Shown: positions 26,097 to 32,000 of the stretch, in pieces
Layout: the number at the start of each line of letters is the position of its first letter
How positions within the stretch are numbered: position 1 is the stretch's first letter
Source of the DNA: Parasynechococcus marenigrum WH 8102
GTDB lineage: Bacteria; Cyanobacteriota; Cyanobacteriia; PCC-6307; Cyanobiaceae
Reading direction: 5' to 3'
Assembly (NCBI RefSeq): GCF_000195975.1
Contig: NC_005070.1
Coordinates: 1,260,001-1,292,000, forward strand
Length of the DNA stretch: 32,000 nt
Made by a program: the position numbers and the translations under genes
Notes under the pieces: generated by a model
What the model saw: only the letters and a program-made list of their open reading frames with translations
The model's database searches: none
Told to the model about the DNA's origin: nothing

Positions 26097-27151
26097 GGCA
26101 AATAACGTCTGAGATGGCTGCAGTGGTGGGCCGCTGCGGCACGAATCCGTTCAATCTGATCAGAATCTGCTGGAGAATCCATGGCCTCTCGCCATTGCTT
26201 CAACAGTGTCGGCTCAGCCGGCAGCGCATCGAGGGAGCTGCAGGGAATTCCCGCCATGGCAGCAGCGGCTTCAACCTTCGGGTCATAACTCAGGGCAGCC
26301 ATCGGACAGTGCGCGAGTCGGGCCAGGATCAGTGCATGCAGCCGCATCGGGATCACCAGGCGTGCTTTGCGGACCGAGGCAAAGACCGTATCGAGAGACG
26401 ATGGAATCACCGTTGTGGACCGTGAACGCAGACCTGGCGGGACCACCCCTTGATCGGTCAGCCAATCGAGCAACTCGCCGTCCTGATGGCGGTGAAAGGC
26501 CAGCCATCGGACCGGTGCATCAAGGTCCTCCGCCAGCCGACTCAGAGCGTTGAGCAACAGAGACCACCCCCGCAGTCCAAGCAGTGGCGAAGGACGCCAG
26601 CACACCACAATCGATAGGCCTCCAGACCAGGGCTGTCGGGGCAATCCCCAGACAGGGTCCGGGGCGAGCTGCATCGGCATCCGAGGAGCCCAACGGCTGG
26701 CACGATCCATGGACGCCTGATCCCGCCAGCTGGCACTGCGGCAAAACGGGAGAACCAGACGCACCAACCTGCGGCTGAGCAGACGTTGCAGCGGTCCAAG
26801 TCCCTGGCCCCAGAGCAGCACCGGCCGTCCCCGCAATCGCGCCATGGCGATGATCAGCAGGTAATAGATCAGGCTGCGGAAACTGGTGCTGTCTTGAAGC
26901 AAGCTGCCGCCACCGAACACCACCGCATCGACCCGTCCAATGGACAGCAGCACAGAACGCAGGGAGCGACGATCCACAGCCTCGGCATCCGGTGCCAGTT
27001 CGGCAAGGGCATCGGCGTCATGGGCTGTGACGAGATGACGACTGGGGGAAGGCAGCTCTCTGAGCAGCACGGTAAGCAGGGCGTCATCCCCGAGGTTGTT
27101 CTCGCCGTAGTAGCCACAGAGGAGGAATGCCGGAACGGATCTGGCGGCCAC
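26087..27151 (-). CDS. csaB: Polysaccharide pyruvyl transferase CsaB
   Basis: 354 aa, GTG start. N-terminal LLCGYYGENNLGDDALLTVLL and GGGSLLQD match the CsaB pyruvyl-transferase pattern. Confidence 0.82.
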   Translation of the reverse strand: MAARSVPAFLLCGYYGENNLGDDALLTVLLRELPSPSRHLVTAHDADALAELAPDAEAVDRRSLRSVLLSIGRVDAVVFGGGSLLQDSTSFRSLIYYLLIIAMARLRGRPVLLWGQGLGPLQRLLSRRLVRLVLPFCRSASWRDQASMDRASRWAPRMPMQLAPDPVWGLPRQPWSGGLSIVVCWRPSPLLGLRGWSLLLNALSRLAEDLDAPVRWLAFHRHQDGELLDWLTDQGVVPPGLRSRSTTVIPSSLDTVFASVRKARLVIPMRLHALILARLAHCPMAALSYDPKVEAAAAMAGIPCSSLDALPAEPTLLKQWREAMDSPADSDQIERIRAAAAHHCSHLRRYLPQR

Positions 27152-27211
27152 GGGACTGACCTCCGTGAGAGATGCTCATTATCAACCGAACACTCTGATT
27201 AGGGTGATCGC

Positions 27212-27490
27212 ATGCACGCCTTGTCCCTCGGCACCTGGTGGATCCATGTCACCTCGGTGATAGAGTGGAGCCTGGCCATCGTCCTGATTCAACGCCGGGA
27301 CCTGAAGTGGCTGGCCTTGGCCATGGTGCCGGCGCTGATCAGTGCCATGGCGGCATGCACCTGGCACCTGTTCGACAACAGTGAGGCCCTTCGCCCACTG
27401 GTGACCCTGCAAGCAGCGCTCACCCTCATCGGAAACATGGTCTTGGCCTGGGCAGCGTGGTCACTCCTGCAACGCCGAGAGACGAGCTGA
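27212..27490 (+). CDS. Small membrane protein, Ycf49-like (DUF2499)
   Basis: 92 aa with three hydrophobic spans. MHALSLGTWWIHVTSVIEWSLAI resembles the DUF2499/Ycf49 N-terminus as I remember it. Confidence 0.6.
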   Translation: MHALSLGTWWIHVTSVIEWSLAIVLIQRRDLKWLALAMVPALISAMAACTWHLFDNSEALRPLVTLQAALTLIGNMVLAWAAWSLLQRRETS

Positions 27491-27493
27491 GCC

Positions 27494-27790
27494 ATGGACT
27501 TTGACCCCGCACCGCTGTTCGCTCTGTCGCTACTGCCCTATCTGTTGTTTCTCCGTTGGCTTCAACGCAGCGGGACCCTGCCTGAACTTGCAGTCTGGGG
27601 GTTCCGACTGACGCTGCTGTTTGTCCTCATGACCATCGTCGCCGCTGTGCTCGCCCTGCGCTGCTGTGATGCGGAGCTGGTGGCGGTGGATGGCCTTCAT
27701 GGCGGAGCGGAAGCCTTTCTCACCCTGGCCAATGCTGTTCTGGTGATTGGGCTGCTCCGCTCCGATGCCGACAGGGTGAACAACTCTTAA
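27494..27790 (+). CDS. Small membrane protein, DUF3593-like
   Basis: 98 aa, starting 3 nt after the previous stop. PLFALSLLPYLLFLRWL is the DUF3593-type motif as I remember it. Two to three hydrophobic spans. Confidence 0.6.
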   Translation: MDFDPAPLFALSLLPYLLFLRWLQRSGTLPELAVWGFRLTLLFVLMTIVAAVLALRCCDAELVAVDGLHGGAEAFLTLANAVLVIGLLRSDADRVNNS

Positions 27791-27847
27791 GAGGAGAAGA
27801 CAGAAGTCCCCTGAGCTTGGAAGATGAAGCGTCGCTCATTGGCTTGA

Positions 27848-28105
27848 ATGCTGACCCCTCTCTTCGCCATCGCCCCCGCAACCGTGACCTGGTCTCCCAA
27901 GGTTGCGCTGGTGATGATCGTCTGCAACGTGATCGCCATCGCTGTGGGCAAGGCCACCATCAAGCATCCCAGCGAAGGCGCCAAGCTGCCTAACGCGGCG
28001 TTCTTCGGTGGCATGGGCCACGCAGCACTGCTGGGTACCACCAGCCTTGGCCACATCATCGGCATTGGCGCCATTCAGGGTCTTGCTGCCCGCGGCGTCC
28101 TCTGA
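27848..28105 (+). CDS. psaK: Photosystem I subunit PsaK
   Basis: 85 aa: ATVTWSPKVALVMIVCNVIAIAVGK...FFGGMGHAALLGTTSLGHIIG, a full-length PsaK pattern with two TM helices. Confidence 0.9.
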   Translation: MLTPLFAIAPATVTWSPKVALVMIVCNVIAIAVGKATIKHPSEGAKLPNAAFFGGMGHAALLGTTSLGHIIGIGAIQGLAARGVL

Positions 28106-28118
28106 GAGGCGACGGTCC

Positions 28119-29282
28119 TCAGTTGAGGTACGGCAGCAATCGCCAGCCGTACCGCTCAAATCGATACCCAAAAAAAAGTTCGGACAGGTCTTCGGCAGAG
28201 GCCTGTCCGGACAAACCATGGATGAGCCGTTGCATGCGGTGATCTGCCTTTGGCGTGTTGAGGCCCCACCAGGTCCGACGAGCCAAACGATTGGACACCG
28301 CCCATCGCCATCCATATCGCTGTCTCAGAGCAGCCTGATAGCCCCGGTGGGAACGACCCAAGAGCAGGCATTCGCTCAAGACGGATGCGCTGTCGATGGC
28401 ATGGCGAATCCCCTCGCCTCCGAGCAGATTGGCGGTTCCGGCGGCGTCGCCAACGGCCCAGAGTGCGCCTGTGCCATGGGGTTGTTGCTGTCTGATCGTG
28501 CTGGCGACACGTCCACCGTGACGATCCAGCACCGGCAGGCGGTCAAGATCACAACGTTTCAACAACCGTCGCAGAGATGTCCCGAGGGGAACCTTGGGCT
28601 GATCGGGAGGTGCCAAACGGCAAACCCCCACCTTGAGGCGATCCTGGGCCATCGGGAACACCCAGCCGTACCCATGGGGCATCCACTCACGGCCCAGCAT
28701 GAAACTGACCCGCTCACGCCAACGTGCTGTGTTGCCACGGTCTCCCTGAAGCAGCCACTCCACACCGTCTCCCTTGAGCAACGGATCGTCTGTGGTCTCA
28801 ACAGGGACGCCAGCCTGCTTCAGCAGATGTCGACCTGGCCCTGTGGCATCCACCACGAGGTCGACCGTTCGATGCTGCTGTTGATCAGTTGAGGTCAGGA
28901 TCAGGTCGGCCGACCGTGCCTCCAGACGATCTAGCTGCACCTGACAACCGTTCAACAGCTCAACGCCGGTCTGCCGGGCCTGGTCCCAGAGATGTCGTCT
29001 GAAGACGGCGAAGTCGAGCACCACCCCCTGCGGATCAGCCGCCCACCACTGGTGTTCAAGACCATCGGGATCCAACAGCTGCCATCCCCACCAGCTGGCG
29101 GAGCGACACGCCCCAGGAATGCCCAGACGATCGGCATCGGCAAGGGGTAGCGCGGCGCTCGAATAAGCATTGCGCTCAGGAGACGGCAAGGCATCAGCCA
29201 GGGTTACCTCCCAGCCCACTTCAGCGAGTTGAACAGCCAGGCTGGCGCCAGCCGGGCCTGCCCCAGCGATCAGAACGTGCAC
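28119..29282 (-). CDS. FAD-dependent oxidoreductase, geranylgeranyl-reductase / flavin monooxygenase superfamily
   Basis: GTG start. N-terminal GxGxxG (VLIAGAGPAGASLA), E at the end of beta-2 (VTLADA), and GD motif WAVGDAAGTANLLGGEGIRHAI. The specific function is not recognisable. Confidence 0.7.
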   Translation of the reverse strand: MHVLIAGAGPAGASLAVQLAEVGWEVTLADALPSPERNAYSSAALPLADADRLGIPGACRSASWWGWQLLDPDGLEHQWWAADPQGVVLDFAVFRRHLWDQARQTGVELLNGCQVQLDRLEARSADLILTSTDQQQHRTVDLVVDATGPGRHLLKQAGVPVETTDDPLLKGDGVEWLLQGDRGNTARWRERVSFMLGREWMPHGYGWVFPMAQDRLKVGVCRLAPPDQPKVPLGTSLRRLLKRCDLDRLPVLDRHGGRVASTIRQQQPHGTGALWAVGDAAGTANLLGGEGIRHAIDSASVLSECLLLGRSHRGYQAALRQRYGWRWAVSNRLARRTWWGLNTPKADHRMQRLIHGLSGQASAEDLSELFFGYRFERYGWRLLPYLN

Positions 29283-29300
29283 CGGAGAACAGCCGTGCGT

Positions 29301-31232
29301 TCAGGATTGAATCGCCGGTACCGATGCAGCACCGGCGAAGTCGCGTCCGCCCAGATCAAAACGGCGACGGATGCGCTCAGCCATTTGAACAGGTATCATC
29401 TCCAGCGACTCCTTGCTCTGCTGCGGCGTGGCGTGGTCGACCATTTTGTCGGGAATACCGATACGCAACAGCGGAATACTGATGTCCTGATCGGACAACG
29501 ACTCGAGGACTGCTGCACCAAATCCACCGGCCAGAGCGCCCTCTTCCATGGTGACCACGCGACGGATGCGCCGTGCCAACGGATGAATCAAAGCCTGATC
29601 CAGGGGCCGCAGGAAACGGGCGTTGATCACCGTGGTGGAGAGGCCAGCCTCCTCAAGCAGTGTGGCGGTGTCCAGAGCCGGATGCACCATCGAGCCGTAG
29701 GCCACGATCAGCAGATCATCCCCTTCCCGCAACAGCTCACCGCGACCGATGGGGAGAGCTTCCCAGCCCTCCTCCATCAAAGGCATGCCAACGCCCGATC
29801 CGCGGGGAATGCGCAGAGCTGTGGGTCCGTCGTGGTTCAGACAGGTCACCAGCATCCGCTGGAGTTCCGCCTCATCCTTAGGCGCCATCACCGTGAAGTT
29901 GGGGATGGATCGCATGTAGCTGATGTCGTACTGACCCTGATGCGTCGGTCCGTCGGCACCGACGATGCCAGCCCGATCGAGAACAAAGGTCACCGGCAGA
30001 TTCTGGATGCCGACGTCGTGGATGAGTTGGTCGTAGGCCCGCTGCAGGAATGTGCTGTAGATGGCCACGACAGGCCGAAGACCTTCACAGGCCATGCCCG
30101 CCGCCAAGGTGACAGCGTGTTGTTCGGCGATGCCGACATCCACATACTGATTGGGAACAGCTTTCTGCAGCAGATCCAGACCGGTTCCAGTGGCCATGGC
30201 AGCGGTGATGCCCACCACGCGACTGTTCTGTTCGCAGAGCTTGACCAGGGTCTGGCCGAACACCTTGCTGTAACTGGCAGGTTTCGGTTTCTTCGACGGA
30301 ATGGCCTTGCCGGTGGTCAGATCGAAGGCGGACTGGGCGTGGTAACCGACCTGATCCGCCTCGGCATAGGGGTAACCCTTGCCCTTCTTGGTAACGACAT
30401 GAACCAGCACGGGCCCACCATCACGGTGGGCAGCCTGGAAGGTCCGCATCATTTCACCGATGTCATGGCCATCAATCGGCCCCATGTAGGTGAAGCCCAG
30501 CTCTTCAAACACAGCACCCACCTTGGGAACCGCGAGACGACGCATACTTCCCTTCAGGCGGTTCAACTCGGCTGGGAGCTCGCCACCCATGAAGGGAAGA
30601 TGGCGAACGCTTTCCTCAACGCTGCCGGAGAGGAACTGCATCGGCGGACTGAGCCTTGCGCGGTTCAGAACGTTCGATAGGGCACCCACTGGTGGTGAAA
30701 TCGACATGTCGTTGTCGTTGAGGACAACGAGTAAGGGGGTTTCGGGGAGATGTCCGGCGTGGTTGATCGCTTCCAGAGCCATCCCACCGGTAAGAGCACC
30801 ATCGCCGATCACGGCGACGCACTTGAAGTCCTCACCACGATTATCCCGGGCCATCGCCATGCCCAGCGCTGCCGAAATCGACGTGCTGGCATGGCCAGCA
30901 CCGAAATGATCAAAGTTGCTTTCTGAGCGTTTGAGGTACCCCGCAACACCATTCTGCTGGCGAAGGGTGTGGAAGTCGTTGAAACGACCGGTGATCAATT
31001 TGTGGGGATAAGCCTGGTGCCCGACATCCCAGATGACCCGATCCCTGTCCAGATCGAGGGTCTGGTACAGCGCCAGGGTTAGCTCCACCACCCCCAGACC
31101 AGGGCCGAGATGGCCACCACTGGTGGAGACCACCTGAAGATGACGGTCTCGAATCTGACGGGCGACATCCTCAAGCTCAGACAGCTTGAGGCCGTGCAGC
31201 TCATTCGGATGAGTCAAATCTCCGAGATGCAT
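29301..31232 (-). CDS. dxs: 1-deoxy-D-xylulose-5-phosphate synthase
   Basis: 643 aa: [24 protein letters not shown], and the TPP motif [13 protein letters not shown]...NDN. The transketolase-like middle and C-terminal domains are present. Confidence 0.95.
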   Translation of the reverse strand: MHLGDLTHPNELHGLKLSELEDVARQIRDRHLQVVSTSGGHLGPGLGVVELTLALYQTLDLDRDRVIWDVGHQAYPHKLITGRFNDFHTLRQQNGVAGYLKRSESNFDHFGAGHASTSISAALGMAMARDNRGEDFKCVAVIGDGALTGGMALEAINHAGHLPETPLLVVLNDNDMSISPPVGALSNVLNRARLSPPMQFLSGSVEESVRHLPFMGGELPAELNRLKGSMRRLAVPKVGAVFEELGFTYMGPIDGHDIGEMMRTFQAAHRDGGPVLVHVVTKKGKGYPYAEADQVGYHAQSAFDLTTGKAIPSKKPKPASYSKVFGQTLVKLCEQNSRVVGITAAMATGTGLDLLQKAVPNQYVDVGIAEQHAVTLAAGMACEGLRPVVAIYSTFLQRAYDQLIHDVGIQNLPVTFVLDRAGIVGADGPTHQGQYDISYMRSIPNFTVMAPKDEAELQRMLVTCLNHDGPTALRIPRGSGVGMPLMEEGWEALPIGRGELLREGDDLLIVAYGSMVHPALDTATLLEEAGLSTTVINARFLRPLDQALIHPLARRIRRVVTMEEGALAGGFGAAVLESLSDQDISIPLLRIGIPDKMVDHATPQQSKESLEMIPVQMAERIRRRFDLGGRDFAGAASVPAIQS

Positions 31233-31312
31233 GCACGATCCGCTCCAGGCCCTGCAATCTACGGCGTCCGTTCCTAGGGGCCGTTAGCCCTGAACATGGG
31301 GAGAATGGAGGG

Positions 31313-32000
31313 ATGACCGACTATCTCCAGCGGATCCTGCGGGCTCGCGTCTACGACGTCGCGCGGGAGACGCCGCTTGACCCTGCCCCAAACCTCAGTC
31401 GCCGACTTGGCAATGAGGTGCTGCTGAAGCGCGAAGACCTGCAACCGGTGTTCTCGTTCAAGCTTCGCGGTGCTTACAACCGCATGGCCCAGCTCACGCC
31501 GGAGGAACTCAGTCGTGGCGTGATCGCCTCCAGCGCAGGAAACCATGCCCAGGGCGTGGCCCTAAGTGCCAAAAAACTCGGCTGCCGCGCCGTCATCGTG
31601 ATGCCCGCCACCACACCCGAGGTGAAGGTGCGGGCCGTGCGCACCATTGGCGGGGAAGTCGTGCTCCATGGGGAGACCTACGACGAATGTTCAGCAGAAG
31701 CGAGACAACGCTGCGCTGATGAGGGACTCACCTACATCCATCCCTTTGACGACCCGGAAGTGATCGCCGGCCAGGGAACCATCGGTCTGGAAATCATGCG
31801 GCAGAGCCCTGAACCGCCGGATGCCATTTATGTAGCGGTCGGCGGCGGCGGACTAATTGCCGGAATCGCGGCTTACGTCAAACAGCTGTGGCCCAGCACC
31901 GAGATCGTCGGCGTTGAACCGGTTGATGCGGACGCCATGACCCAGTCGTTAGAGAAGGGAGTACGGGTTGAGCTGGCCCAGGTGGGCCTGTTCGCCGACG
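31313..32000 (+). CDS. ilvA: Threonine ammonia-lyase (biosynthetic threonine dehydratase), N-terminal ~229 codons; continues past the window end
   Basis: ATG 31313 gives MTDYLQRILRARVYDVARETPLD...LLKREDLQPVFSFKLRGAYN...SAGNHAQGVAL, with the PLP-binding Lys in SFKLRGA. It has no in-window stop, so it is absent from the ORF track. Confidence 0.88.
   Translation, partial: MTDYLQRILRARVYDVARETPLDPAPNLSRRLGNEVLLKREDLQPVFSFKLRGAYNRMAQLTPEELSRGVIASSAGNHAQGVALSAKKLGCRAVIVMPATTPEVKVRAVRTIGGEVVLHGETYDECSAEARQRCADEGLTYIHPFDDPEVIAGQGTIGLEIMRQSPEPPDAIYVAVGGGGLIAGIAAYVKQLWPSTEIVGVEPVDADAMTQSLEKGVRVELAQVGLFAD

Noticed and set aside
29229-30680. 483-aa plus-strand ORF
   Set aside because: It is antisense to dxs, with a low-complexity Arg/Gly/His-rich translation and no recognisable domain. 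This is a typical shadow ORF of a GC-rich gene.

Overview
This is a tightly packed, high-GC cyanobacterial chromosome segment. Hand counts of core genes give about 57-63% G+C per 60-nt line. Gene content (psaK, ggpS, a DnaK/DnaJ paralog pair, DUF3110, Ycf49-like proteins, csaB) fits a marine Synechococcus-type genome. I call 32 protein-coding genes (two run off the window ends), one tRNA-Ser(GGA), one decayed gene, three hairpin terminators and a few weak regulatory candidates. Gene order: argC (partial) | ribBA | cyclophilin | mtnP | murQ-DUF3110-dnaJ-dnaK (one minus-strand block) | pstCAB | low-GC islet (TPR/SAM-methyltransferase gene plus a PLD/HKD nuclease pseudogene) | tRNA-Ser | 2Fe-2S ferredoxin-IMPase-hisZ-7Fe-type ferredoxin-htpG-rpmB-PrxQ | ggpS fused to a 4-gene sugar ABC importer | orphan low-GC pstS-like lipoprotein | csaB | two small membrane proteins | psaK | FAD oxidoreductase-dxs | ilvA (partial). 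I saw no rRNA, CRISPR array, transposase or integrase. The only clearly accessory DNA is a ~3.3 kb islet at 10.5-13.8 kb. It is bounded by tRNA-Ser and by a displaced copy of the tRNA 3' end that carries its own terminator. Its single intact gene, a 781-aa TPR / unknown-domain / methyltransferase protein, is the best lead for new biology. I cannot see a complete multi-gene novel system in this window. Secondary leads are the dnaK-dnaJ-DUF3110-murQ block, an IMPase-family gene translationally coupled to a ferredoxin and abutting hisZ, the ggpS-transporter operon with start/stop overlaps at every junction, and a compositionally foreign pstS paralog with a Pho-box-like repeat. All homology calls come from motif recognition by eye, and no database search was run.
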